Below, piece by piece: positions 29,831-39,021 of a stretch of DNA of 64,000 nt. A program made the translations under genes and the position numbers. Location: contig NZ_JBDUXB010000049.1 of NCBI RefSeq assembly GCF_039945315.1, positions 21,891-85,890 of the forward strand, given 5' to 3'. Source of the stretch: Tateyamaria sp. (GTDB lineage: Bacteria > Pseudomonadota > Alphaproteobacteria > Rhodobacterales > Rhodobacteraceae). Positions within the stretch are counted from its first letter, which is position 1. Every line of letters starts with the position of its first letter. The notes below the pieces were generated by a model. It worked only from the letters and a program-made list of their open reading frames with translations. It had not been told where the DNA came from and searched no databases.

Positions 29831-30619
29831 ATGCACATGGCAGATTTGGGCGACGTCCGCCTGCACTACCGGATTGATGGACCAGAAGACGGAGCGCCTG
29901 TGGTTTTCGCGAACTCGCTGGGCACGGATATGCGTCTGTGGGACCCGATCCTGCCCTTGTTGCCTGCTGGTTTGCGCATCCTGCGCTATGACAAGCGCGG
30001 ACATGGGTTGTCGAGTTGTCCGAGTGGTCCTTATGCGATGGGTGCGCTTGTCGGCGACGCGGAACGCCTGATGGATCATCTGGGCTTCAAAGATACCTTG
30101 TTTGTCGGGCTATCCATTGGTGGGCTGATTGCCCAAGGGTTGGCCGTGAAACGGCTGGATTTGATGCGCGCGATGGTGCTGTCCAATACGGGTGCCAAGA
30201 TTGGCACCAAGGACTTGTGGGCGGAACGGATCGCGAATGTTGAGGCTGACGGCATTGAGAGCATGGCAGATGCCACGATGGAGCGTTGGTTTTCCAAGGA
30301 TTTTCTGGCCCATGTCGATCTTGAACTGTGGCGCAACATGCTGACTCGCCAACCCGATGCGGGATATGCGGGCTGTTGTGCCGCGATTTCGGGCAGCGAC
30401 TTTTTCGCGACCACGGCCACGTTGCGCCTGCCCACATTGGGCATTGCCGGGTCCGAGGATGGGGCCACGCCCCCTGATCTGATGCGCGAGACGACCGCCC
30501 TGATCCCGGGCAGCCAGTTCCATTTGATCCGCCGTGCGGGCCACTTGCCTTGTGTTGAGAAACCGCAGGAATATGCGCAGGTGATCACCGATTTCATGCG
30601 AAGCGTGGGGCATATCTGA
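29831..30619 (+). CDS. pcaD: 3-oxoadipate enol-lactonase-like alpha/beta hydrolase
   Basis: VVFANSLGTDMRLWD, YDKRGHGLS and GLSIGG. Typical PcaD length and layout. Confidence 0.7.
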   Translation: MHMADLGDVRLHYRIDGPEDGAPVVFANSLGTDMRLWDPILPLLPAGLRILRYDKRGHGLSSCPSGPYAMGALVGDAERLMDHLGFKDTLFVGLSIGGLIAQGLAVKRLDLMRAMVLSNTGAKIGTKDLWAERIANVEADGIESMADATMERWFSKDFLAHVDLELWRNMLTRQPDAGYAGCCAAISGSDFFATTATLRLPTLGIAGSEDGATPPDLMRETTALIPGSQFHLIRRAGHLPCVEKPQEYAQVITDFMRSVGHI

Positions 30620-30622
30620 GCC

Positions 30623-31945
30623 ATGGCGGCGAGTGTTTTTGCATCCCGTTTGTTGGGTAAGCTGTTTGGCACCGGTGACGTTGGGCGGCTTTGGAGCGAC
30701 AGCGCCGAAGTGCGCGCGATGTTGCTGGTTGAAGGGGCATTGGCCAAAGTGCAGGGCGCGCAAGGTGTGATCCCCGAGATCAGTGCGGCGTTCGTTCACC
30801 GCGCAAGCCTTGAGGTGCAGATCGATCCTGCGGGATTGGCCAATAGCACGGCGACGAATGGCGTTTGCGTACCGGGACTTGTGGCCGCGTTTCGCACGGC
30901 GATGGAGGCCCCGCAGCATGCGCAATACGCTCATTGGGGGGCGACAAGTCAGGACATCATCGACACGGCCCTGATGCTGCGTTTGCGCCAGACTCTCGCC
31001 GCACAAGAAGAGGTCTTGCGGGCGGTGTTGCGTTTGATGTCCCAGCAGGCGATGGACCACGCAGACACGCCAATGGCCGCACGCACCTATGGGCAGCACG
31101 CGACTGTGACGTCATGGGGCGCGGTTCTGGCGCAATGGGGTAACCCGCTCGCGGATGCGCTGGAGGCATTGCCGAACCTGCGTGCGTCCTCCCTTTGGGT
31201 GAGTTTGAGTGGCGCGGCCGGGACGGCCTCGGCCCTTGGACCGCAGGCGGCATCGACTCGTGCGGCTCTGGCCGATGCCTTGGGTTTGGGTGATCCGGGC
31301 CGCAGTTGGCACACTGACCGCGGACCCATTTTGCGGATCGCGGAGTGGATGAGTGGCGTAACAGCCACCCTTGCAGCATTTGGTGACAGCCTGATCGGAC
31401 TCACCGGCTCGGAAACGGGCGAAGTTAGTCTGGGCGGTTCAGGAGCATCCTCGACCATGCCGCAAAAGCAGAACCCGGTGGCACCATCTGTTCTGGTCGC
31501 GCTGAACCACCAGATGACCGGTCTGCGCGCGAGTTTGCAGGCATCCTCTGCCCACCAGTATCAGCGCGACGGGGCGGCGTGGTTCTCCGAATGGATGGTG
31601 CTGCCGCAGATTGCGCTGTCAACGGCGTCGGCGCTCGAAACAGCGCGCGCCGTGATGGTGGGCCTGAGCCCGCAAACGGACAAGATGCTGAGGCATGTCG
31701 AAGGCTTGGGGCTGATGCATGCCGAAGCCCTGAGCTTTGCCCTCGCAGCCCAGATGTCCCGCCCAGAGGTGCAGGCCGCAACCAAGGCGCTGGTGGCCCA
31801 GGCCGTTGAGACCGGCGTATCCCTGCAAGCTGTGGCCCAAGCGGCGCATCCTGATTTAGCGGACGATTTGTTTGATCCTGTCAGGCAAATGGGTTTGGCC
31901 CCGGACGCGGCACGCGCCTTTGCCAAGCGGGTTTCTAATCTGTGA
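30623..31945 (+). CDS. pcaB: 3-carboxy-cis,cis-muconate cycloisomerase-like lyase (fumarase/ASL superfamily)
   Basis: 440 aa with the GSSTMPQKQNP signature loop and a PcaB-like N-terminus. Confidence 0.7.
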   Translation: MAASVFASRLLGKLFGTGDVGRLWSDSAEVRAMLLVEGALAKVQGAQGVIPEISAAFVHRASLEVQIDPAGLANSTATNGVCVPGLVAAFRTAMEAPQHAQYAHWGATSQDIIDTALMLRLRQTLAAQEEVLRAVLRLMSQQAMDHADTPMAARTYGQHATVTSWGAVLAQWGNPLADALEALPNLRASSLWVSLSGAAGTASALGPQAASTRAALADALGLGDPGRSWHTDRGPILRIAEWMSGVTATLAAFGDSLIGLTGSETGEVSLGGSGASSTMPQKQNPVAPSVLVALNHQMTGLRASLQASSAHQYQRDGAAWFSEWMVLPQIALSTASALETARAVMVGLSPQTDKMLRHVEGLGLMHAEALSFALAAQMSRPEVQAATKALVAQAVETGVSLQAVAQAAHPDLADDLFDPVRQMGLAPDAARAFAKRVSNL

Positions 31946-33171
31946 AGCTGCCCGTCGCCTTTATTCTGTTTACGGTGATGCTGGATGCGATGGGCATCGG
32001 GTTGATTGTCCCCGTTATGCCCGATCTCATTCAGGAAGTTCGGGGCGGAAACATTGGGTCGGCCGCATTGTGGGGCGGCGTGTTGTCGACGATATTTGCG
32101 TTGATGCAGTTTCTGTTTGGCCCTGTGATCGGTGCACTATCAGACAGGTTTGGGCGGCGGCCTGTATTGCTCATTTCATTGGTTGTTATGGCAGCAGACT
32201 ATCTGGTGATGGCGGTGGCAGGCTCTATCTGGCTATTGCTCGCGGGTCGGGTTGTGGGCGGGATCACAGCGGCCACGCAGTCAACGGCGAACGCCTATAT
32301 GGCCGACATTTCCGAGCCCGCGCAAAAAGCCGCAAATTTCGGGCTGATCGGGGCGGCCTTTGGGATGGGGTTCGTCTTTGGCCCGCTGATCGGCGGTGTT
32401 CTTGCCGAGTATGGCACCCGCGCGCCGTTTTATGCGGCTGCGGGGCTGGCCGCGCTTAATGCAGTTTTTGGCTATTTCGTGTTGAAAGAAACAGTGGATG
32501 ACCGCATCCGCCGCCCGTTTGAGTGGCGGCGCGCAAACCCGTTTGGCCTGTTCAAATACCTCGCCCGCCTGCCCGGCCTTGGCCCGCTGCTGGTGGTGTT
32601 TTTCATCTATCAGGTGGCCTTTACCGTCTATCCGGCGATCTGGAGTTTTTATACGCTTGAGCGCTTTGACTGGTCGCCAGGGATGCGCGGGTTGTCACTG
32701 GGTCTGTTCGGGATTTCGATGGCGATTGTTCCAGGCGGATTGATCCGGCCCATTCTGCGCCTGATCGGTGAACGTGGGTCAGTCATCTATGGGCACATTG
32801 CGGATGTGGGTGTGTTCCTTTTGATTGGATTTACGAGTTCGGGATTTTGGCTGCTGATGCTGACGCCTTTAGCCGCACTGCCCGCGGTGATTACGCCTGC
32901 GCTTCAGGGGATTATGTCAAAGGCAGTAGATGACAATCAGCAGGGCGAGTTGCAGGGCGCGCTGACCTCTGTTTCGGCGCTGGCGATGATCATTTCACCG
33001 ATGATCATGACTTACGTGTTTTATGCGTTCACCGAACCGGGAGCCCCAGTCTACATGCCCGGAGCATCGTTTTACTTATCCGCAATTCTTATGGCTGTAA
33101 GTTTGATGGTGTTCTTGCGCGTAGGAAAAATTGCGGTCTCTCGCGACGTTACCGGCGATCAACGACCTTGA
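31942..33171 (+). CDS. MFS transporter (TetA-like DHA1 type)
   Basis: 12 TM helices and motif A GALSDRFGRRPVLL. GTG start overlaps the pcaB stop (GTGA). Confidence 0.85.
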   Translation: MKLPVAFILFTVMLDAMGIGLIVPVMPDLIQEVRGGNIGSAALWGGVLSTIFALMQFLFGPVIGALSDRFGRRPVLLISLVVMAADYLVMAVAGSIWLLLAGRVVGGITAATQSTANAYMADISEPAQKAANFGLIGAAFGMGFVFGPLIGGVLAEYGTRAPFYAAAGLAALNAVFGYFVLKETVDDRIRRPFEWRRANPFGLFKYLARLPGLGPLLVVFFIYQVAFTVYPAIWSFYTLERFDWSPGMRGLSLGLFGISMAIVPGGLIRPILRLIGERGSVIYGHIADVGVFLLIGFTSSGFWLLMLTPLAALPAVITPALQGIMSKAVDDNQQGELQGALTSVSALAMIISPMIMTYVFYAFTEPGAPVYMPGASFYLSAILMAVSLMVFLRVGKIAVSRDVTGDQRP

Positions 33172-33271
33172 GATGTCACAATTGTTCTTGCGAGTGTCGC
33201 GCGCCTGCGCCACCGTCCCTAAAATCGAAACACCAAACGCAGTCACAATGAGCGCGCTACAAGGGACAGAC

Positions 33272-34363
33272 ATGCAGACAATCAAAGCGGCCGTTTGCCA
33301 CGAATTCGGCGCCCCCCTCGTAATAGAAGACATCCAATTGAGAGAGCCCAAGGTGGGCGAAGTTGAGGTGACCCTACACGCGGTCGCTATTTGCCACTCT
33401 GACATTTCCTTTGCAGATGGTGCATGGGGCGGCAGTTTGCCTGCGGTTTATGGGCACGAGGCCGCTGGTGTCGTCAGCGCCGTTGGAGAAACCGTGCAAG
33501 GTGTCGCGGTGGGCGACAGTGTCGTCGTTACACTGATCCGGGCCTGCGGCACCTGCCCGTCTTGTGCCGGGGGCAAGCCCACCATTTGCGAGACTCCATA
33601 TGACGGAGATCAGGGCCCGATCCGCACGGCAGATGATGGTATGCTGCATCAGGCCATGGCCTGCGGCGCATTTGCCGAAAAAGTCGTCGTGGATCAGAGC
33701 CAGTTGGTCAAAGTCCCCGCCTCAATGCCGATGGACGCGGCCAGCCTGATTGCCTGCGGTGTGATCACCGGCGTTGGCGCTGTGGTGAACGCAGCAGGCT
33801 TGCGGGCAGGTGAGGATGTCGTGGTCATCGGTGCCGGCGGCGTGGGCCTGAACGCTATTCAGGGTGCACGTATCGCCGGGGCCCGCCGCATCGTCGCCGT
33901 TGACATGACCGAGGACAAACTGGACGACGCGACCGCCTTTGGAGCAACGCACGGTGTGTTGGCCACGAGCGAGGCGCCATGGCGCGAAGCCTATAAAGCC
34001 CTTGGCGGCAAAGGCGCCGAGGCCGTCATCGTGACTGTTGGCGCGATCCCCGCCTATGATCAGGCTCCAAGGTATCTTGGTCGTGGTGGCAAGGTCGTTA
34101 TGGTCGGCATGCCGCATTCCGGCGCGATGGCGGAATACGAACCCGTCAATCTGGCATATCTGGGTCAGGGTATGGTCGGCTCAAAAATGGGCGATGTGGT
34201 GATCCAGCGCGACATCCCCTGGATGGTCGACTTGTATCTGCAAGGCCGCTTGCAATTGGACAGTCTGATTTCGGGCCGGTGGTCGCTTGATCAGATCAAT
34301 GACGCGATTGCCGATACTAAGGGCGGCAAAGCCCGGCGCAACGTGATCATGTTTAACCGGTAA
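33272..34363 (+). CDS. zinc-dependent alcohol dehydrogenase
   Basis: CHSD, GHEAAGVV, CGTCPSCAGGKPTIC and GAGGVGL motifs. Start set at MQTIKAAV. An alternative ATG is at 33248. Confidence 0.88.
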   Translation: MQTIKAAVCHEFGAPLVIEDIQLREPKVGEVEVTLHAVAICHSDISFADGAWGGSLPAVYGHEAAGVVSAVGETVQGVAVGDSVVVTLIRACGTCPSCAGGKPTICETPYDGDQGPIRTADDGMLHQAMACGAFAEKVVVDQSQLVKVPASMPMDAASLIACGVITGVGAVVNAAGLRAGEDVVVIGAGGVGLNAIQGARIAGARRIVAVDMTEDKLDDATAFGATHGVLATSEAPWREAYKALGGKGAEAVIVTVGAIPAYDQAPRYLGRGGKVVMVGMPHSGAMAEYEPVNLAYLGQGMVGSKMGDVVIQRDIPWMVDLYLQGRLQLDSLISGRWSLDQINDAIADTKGGKARRNVIMFNR

Positions 34364-34428
34364 AGGGGACCAGCCCCCGCCCCTGCGGGACTCCCCCGGG
34401 ATTTCATAAATCAGAGAAGGGACGCATC

Positions 34429-35664
34429 ATGAAACTGCGCGATCTCGACATCATCATCACAGCCCCGCCTGCTCCCGGTTGGGGTGGCCGGTATTGGATA
34501 TTGGTGAAGCTGACAACAGATGACGGGATTGTCGGCTGGGGCGAGTGTTATGCGTCGTCTGTCGGCCCTGAGGCGATGCGCGCCGTTATCGAAGATGTGT
34601 TTGACCGCCATATGGCCGGTGAAAACCCCGAGGATATCGAGTTGATGTTTCGCCGGGCCTATTCCTCGGGCTTTACCCAGCGCCCAGATTTGACCGTGAT
34701 GGGCGCCTTTTCGGGGCTCGAGATCGCGTGTTGGGATATTGTGGGCAAGGCACGTGGGCGGCCTGTTCATGCAATGTTGGGCGGCCGGATGAATGATCGT
34801 ATACGCGCCTATACTTACCTCTACCCCCTGCCCCATCATTCGCTTGAGGATTTCTGGACGTCGCCGGAGATGGCGGCTGAGTCAGCGCTCGACTGTGTGG
34901 ATCGTGGATACACCGCCGTAAAATTTGACCCCGCTGGCCCCTACACCATGCGCGGAGGGCATATGCCGGGCATGCGTGACATTTCGATGTCTGTGGCCTT
35001 TTGCAAAGCGATCCGGGAAGCGGTGGGAGACCGGGCCGATCTGCTTTTTGGCACCCATGGGCAGTTCACCACGGCGGGGGCGATCCGTTTGGGTCAGGCG
35101 TTAGAGCCCTATTCGCCGCTTTGGTTTGAAGAGCCGATTCCACCGGATGCGGTAGAGGAGATGGCCAAGGTCGCCCGCGCTGTGCGTATTCCGGTGGCGA
35201 CGGGCGAACGTCTGACCACGAAGGCGGAATTCGCACCTGTTTTGCGCAGTGGTGCGGCAAGCATTGTGCAGCCAGCACTTGGCCGGGCTGGCGGTATCTG
35301 GGAGATGAAAAAAGTCGCGGCCATCGCGGAGGTCTACAACGCTCAGATGGCGCCGCACCTGTATGCAGGCCCTGTTGAGTGGGCAGCAAACGTGCAACTG
35401 GCGGCTTCGATCCCGAACATCCTGATGTGCGAGACAATAGAAACGCCGTTCCATGATCAACTGATCAAAGGCACGATCCGGGTGGAGGATGGTTTCATCA
35501 CGCCCTCGGATGCACCCGGTCTGGGGATTAACGTTGACGAAGCTCTTGCACGTGCCCACCCTTATGAAGGAGACGGTTTGCATTTGCAGATGCAGGACGC
35601 GCCTTGCGATTATCAGAATGGCAATTGTTTTGAGGGCGGTGCGCCCGCGCCGCACGAGGTCTAG
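34429..35664 (+). CDS. enolase-superfamily dehydratase (mandelate racemase/galactonate-mannonate dehydratase-like)
   Basis: N-terminus ILVKLTTDDGIVGWGE with the FEEP and GER metal-ligand regions. Confidence 0.85.
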   Translation: MKLRDLDIIITAPPAPGWGGRYWILVKLTTDDGIVGWGECYASSVGPEAMRAVIEDVFDRHMAGENPEDIELMFRRAYSSGFTQRPDLTVMGAFSGLEIACWDIVGKARGRPVHAMLGGRMNDRIRAYTYLYPLPHHSLEDFWTSPEMAAESALDCVDRGYTAVKFDPAGPYTMRGGHMPGMRDISMSVAFCKAIREAVGDRADLLFGTHGQFTTAGAIRLGQALEPYSPLWFEEPIPPDAVEEMAKVARAVRIPVATGERLTTKAEFAPVLRSGAASIVQPALGRAGGIWEMKKVAAIAEVYNAQMAPHLYAGPVEWAANVQLAASIPNILMCETIETPFHDQLIKGTIRVEDGFITPSDAPGLGINVDEALARAHPYEGDGLHLQMQDAPCDYQNGNCFEGGAPAPHEV

Positions 35665-36551
35665 TCGACCTGCACCACTTCGTAGGCGATCCGCGGGGCT
35701 TCGCCTGAGGCGACGCCGCCAAGCGCGATGGATCCCGAACCGGTGAGAGCCACAGTCTGTCGGCAAATGTAGAATTCGGGGGCGGTGCCGATGGTCAGCG
35801 TCGTTCCTGCGGATGAGCTGTCCTTATACTCCACGATCCCACCGCGCACAGAGATGGCTGCATGCACCCGAGACACCCAGGCTTCGGGTACCACGAGGCC
35901 GCAAGCAGACGAGCGGCCAACGGTGATCTGCTGGCCTTCTTGGATGTCCTGAGACCAGTTCATCCAAGACAGCCGCACGGCGGTTTTGGCCACTGTTTCC
36001 TTGCGTTGTGCCTGAAACATAGTGGGTTGGGCGGCAAAGCTGGTCACACCACCGTCTTCGTCCCCACCGGCCATCAGAGCGAAGATCTCGGTCGGCATGT
36101 TGATGCCTTTGAGTGTGTGTTCCCCGATCGAGCGCAGCGTGGCCCGGTCCACAGACTTGGTATAGTTGACCAATTCGCGGCTCATCAGTACTTCGTTTTC
36201 TTTGGCCTGGCTGGACAGACGCGCCGCGATGTTGATGGCGTCTCCAAACAATTCCGTGCCGCGATGAACAACAAGGCCCCAATGGAGTCCTGCATGCAGT
36301 GACACCTCACCCCGCGCGCCGTGGGTCATCATATCGCCCGCAGCAGCAATCGCCGAATCTGCGCCTTCAAACAGGCAGAGCACGTCATCGCCCTTGGAGC
36401 GCACAAATTCACCACCGTGGATCGTGGCAATCTTTTGCATTCCTTCCACGCATTCAAACACAAGCTGGCTTGCGCGTTCGTCGCCGTGGCTTCGGTACAG
36501 CGCCGTGCTGCCCGACACGTCGGCAAGCAATATTGCGCGCTCAACCCTCAT
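35661..36551 (-). CDS. class III adenylate/guanylate cyclase fused to a C-terminal FHA domain
   Basis: ILLADVSGSTALY...KGDDVLCLF...GDAINIAARL (cyclase) followed by ITVGRSSACGLVVPEAWVSRVHAAI (FHA). Start set at MRVERAIL (GGAGGG upstream). Confidence 0.8.
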   Translation of the reverse strand: MRVERAILLADVSGSTALYRSHGDERASQLVFECVEGMQKIATIHGGEFVRSKGDDVLCLFEGADSAIAAAGDMMTHGARGEVSLHAGLHWGLVVHRGTELFGDAINIAARLSSQAKENEVLMSRELVNYTKSVDRATLRSIGEHTLKGINMPTEIFALMAGGDEDGGVTSFAAQPTMFQAQRKETVAKTAVRLSWMNWSQDIQEGQQITVGRSSACGLVVPEAWVSRVHAAISVRGGIVEYKDSSSAGTTLTIGTAPEFYICRQTVALTGSGSIALGGVASGEAPRIAYEVVQVD

Positions 36552-36745
36552 GGCAATGGACCCTCCAACAATGCTGGCCTCTTCCCCAAAAAGAGAACGC
36601 AGCGCGTAATTCAAAACACAAAAAAAATCGCTAATCAAAATGCGTGACTGTATTTAGCGTCATATGTTCAGAAAAATAAAGGGGTAGTGCGTTTGGGTGC
36701 CCATCTCGTATGCACATTAGGCTGTGAGTGCATGCACCCTTTTGG

Positions 36746-37318
36746 TTAGCGGTAGAACCTGATGGTGGATATGGAAATGTCCGCCTGCATGACTTTTCCA
36801 ATTGCAAGGATCCCAATTCGACGCAGGGTTGCAGGATCAAATTCCGCATCCGTCCGATGGGCTGCGAGTGCGTCAAAGGGCACACGCACTTTTGTCCATT
36901 TGTCTGGCGCGACAAAGCTTGTGCGGAAGGACTGCCATGGACGGTTGAGCGCACGCGTGCGCAGTCGCAGATCATAGGTTTCGCCGTTGCCCAGCACCTC
37001 GAAAACCAGCCCAGCATAGCTGCGTGCATCAAAATCGCGTCCCTCGGCCAGATCAAATGCGATCTGCACAAACCCGCCATTGTTGTCGAGTGATACGGCC
37101 CCCGTCAGCCGGATGGCCTTTCGTCCGGCCACCGTTTCCTGACGTGCTTGGCCTTGGGACTCGCCGCCCATGACGGTGTCCGCCACGTACTCCCAGTTTG
37201 GAGACAATTTCATATCAGCCTCTTGTGCTTGGGTCGGGGCCGCCAACAGCGCGCACAGGACGACCGCCTTAAGCGGAGACAAGGCCCGCGCCCAAAGACA
37301 ACGCCTCGAGTTTGGCAT
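36746..37318 (-). CDS. secreted CIA30-domain protein
   Basis: WEYVADTVMGGESQG, the CIA30 hallmark, preceded by signal peptide LKAVVLCALLAAPTQAQEA. The start is uncertain: ATG 37318 overlaps the upstream gene by 50 nt, and TTG 37282 is the alternative. Confidence 0.7.
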   Translation of the reverse strand: MPNSRRCLWARALSPLKAVVLCALLAAPTQAQEADMKLSPNWEYVADTVMGGESQGQARQETVAGRKAIRLTGAVSLDNNGGFVQIAFDLAEGRDFDARSYAGLVFEVLGNGETYDLRLRTRALNRPWQSFRTSFVAPDKWTKVRVPFDALAAHRTDAEFDPATLRRIGILAIGKVMQADISISTIRFYR

Positions 37319-38393
37319 AGGCGATGTCGGGATCGACCGCGCCAAAGCCTGCAAAAGTGCCAAAGCCGCAATCGCTGCCCGCCACAACGCGGTCTTTGCC
37401 CACGATGTCAGTGAAGCGTTCGATTCGTTGCGAGACCACTTGCGGGTGTTCGACAAAGTTCGTGGTGGTGTCCACGACGCCCGGCACCAGAACCTTGTTG
37501 TCGGGGATTTCCGCCTTGCGGTCGCGGAATACTGTCCATTCGTGCGCATGGCGCGGATTTGATGTTTCAAAAAGCAGGTACGAGGCCCGCGTGGACATGA
37601 GTGTCGGGAACACAGTGTCCATGTCGATGTCGCAGACATGTGGCCCCTCATAGTTGCCCCAGCAGATGTGCACCCGCACCTTTTCCGCAGGAATGTCGCG
37701 CAATGCGTGATTGAGCGCTTCCACATGGGCGTCGGCGATCTTGACGAAATCAGCATCCGACAGGTCTGCAAACAGCATGTGACGGCTGAGCGCGAGGTCC
37801 GGGCAATCAAGTTGCAGATCGAGCCCTGCGGCGATGATCGTGTCGTATTCTGCCTTCATCGCATCGGCCAGAGCGGCGAGGTATGCGTCGCGTGTTGGAT
37901 AGAAATCGTTCTGAAGGAACAGAGAGATAACTCCGGGTGAGGCTGCGTTCATGAACCCACGCGGTGCGCCATGCTTGGCCATAGCGGCTTTGAGGTTTGC
38001 GATGTCTTTTTCCAACTCGCCCTGTCCGCGGCTCTTGACCTCGCCCCTGCACATGGGGCGGGCGTATTGCGGTGTGCCGCCTTCGTTTGCGAGCCGTTTG
38101 AGGAAGCCGGGGAATTGTTTGAGGTCGGCAGGTGCGTTGCGCGGGCTGTCGCCGGAAAAGCCGGTGTAGCGGTCTTTGACGTAGGTTGCATAGCTGATTT
38201 TTGACGTCTCGCCGTCGCTCACGATCCCGACGCCTGCGGCCACCTGTTTGCCGACCGTGACATCGACCGCAGCCGTCATGGCCGCATCAAATGCGGCTTG
38301 GTCGTAATCCTTGCCGTGTTCGCGCGCAAAAATGAAATCCACGACCTCTTGGGTCCGTGGTAGGCTGCCGGCGTGGGTGGTCAGAATGGTCAC
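37269..38393 (-). CDS. cobalamin-independent methionine synthase (MetE C-terminal-like, type II) family protein
   Basis: 374 aa. N-terminus TTHAGSLPRT and a UROD/MetE-like barrel with C-terminal GSDCGF. Confidence 0.75.
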   Translation of the reverse strand: MTILTTHAGSLPRTQEVVDFIFAREHGKDYDQAAFDAAMTAAVDVTVGKQVAAGVGIVSDGETSKISYATYVKDRYTGFSGDSPRNAPADLKQFPGFLKRLANEGGTPQYARPMCRGEVKSRGQGELEKDIANLKAAMAKHGAPRGFMNAASPGVISLFLQNDFYPTRDAYLAALADAMKAEYDTIIAAGLDLQLDCPDLALSRHMLFADLSDADFVKIADAHVEALNHALRDIPAEKVRVHICWGNYEGPHVCDIDMDTVFPTLMSTRASYLLFETSNPRHAHEWTVFRDRKAEIPDNKVLVPGVVDTTTNFVEHPQVVSQRIERFTDIVGKDRVVAGSDCGFGTFAGFGAVDPDIAYAKLEALSLGAGLVSA

Positions 38394-38394
38394 T

Positions 38395-39021
38395 TTAAGT
38401 CTCCTGATCGTGGTCTTTGCGTGCCATCAGCACGCTGTGTTTATTGGCTTCTGGGTCTTCGGCCAGAAATCCGGTGAGACGCAGGCCGTGCGCTTCAAGG
38501 CAAGACGCGTAGCCTGCCGGCGACAGGGATGCGTGGTAAACTGTGTCCTCGCCCACGGTGCCGCTGACTTCGCCTGCACGCGGGCCGACGGTGATCATCA
38601 ATGGCGCGCCCGGAGCAAGATGGTTTGCGAGATGTGCGATGCAAACGCGCTGTTCGTCGGGCCGCAAATGGAAAAAGCTGTTCCACGCGATGATCCCGTC
38701 GAATGTCTGTCCCAGATCGAGGGTGCGCATGTCGCCATCGCGCCAATCCCCATCCGGCCAGCGACTGCGGGCAATGTTGAGCATCGCGTTCGCGAAATCG
38801 ACGCCGGTGACTTTGAACCCTTCAGCCATGAACCAACGCGCAATTGGTTCGCCTGTGCCGCAGCCCAGATCAAGCACATGCGCACCCGGCGCGAGGCTGG
38901 CTGCAAATCGCGCCAGCCATCGCGCCTCGAACAAGGCGCGCGACCGGTTGGCGTCATAGCGCGCCGCTTGCCGCTCATAGATCGCTTGGGTTTCGTCCGC
39001 GAGGGGATCGAGTTCGCTCAT
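38395..39021 (-). CDS. class I SAM-dependent methyltransferase
   Basis: VLDLGCGTGE motif I and a typical post-I/II layout. 208 aa. Confidence 0.85.
   Translation of the reverse strand: MSELDPLADETQAIYERQAARYDANRSRALFEARWLARFAASLAPGAHVLDLGCGTGEPIARWFMAEGFKVTGVDFANAMLNIARSRWPDGDWRDGDMRTLDLGQTFDGIIAWNSFFHLRPDEQRVCIAHLANHLAPGAPLMITVGPRAGEVSGTVGEDTVYHASLSPAGYASCLEAHGLRLTGFLAEDPEANKHSVLMARKDHDQET

Noticed and set aside
35661-35664. Convergent genes sharing a palindromic CTAG as both stop codons (also at 19892-19895 and 58160-58163).
   Set aside because: This is a trivial consequence of TAG stops on both strands, with no evidence of function.
36728-36737. 10-bp palindrome GTGCATGCAC just beyond the CIA30 gene stop codon.
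   Set aside because: It is short and lies 3' of the gene. It has no partner site or U-tract, so it cannot be distinguished from chance.
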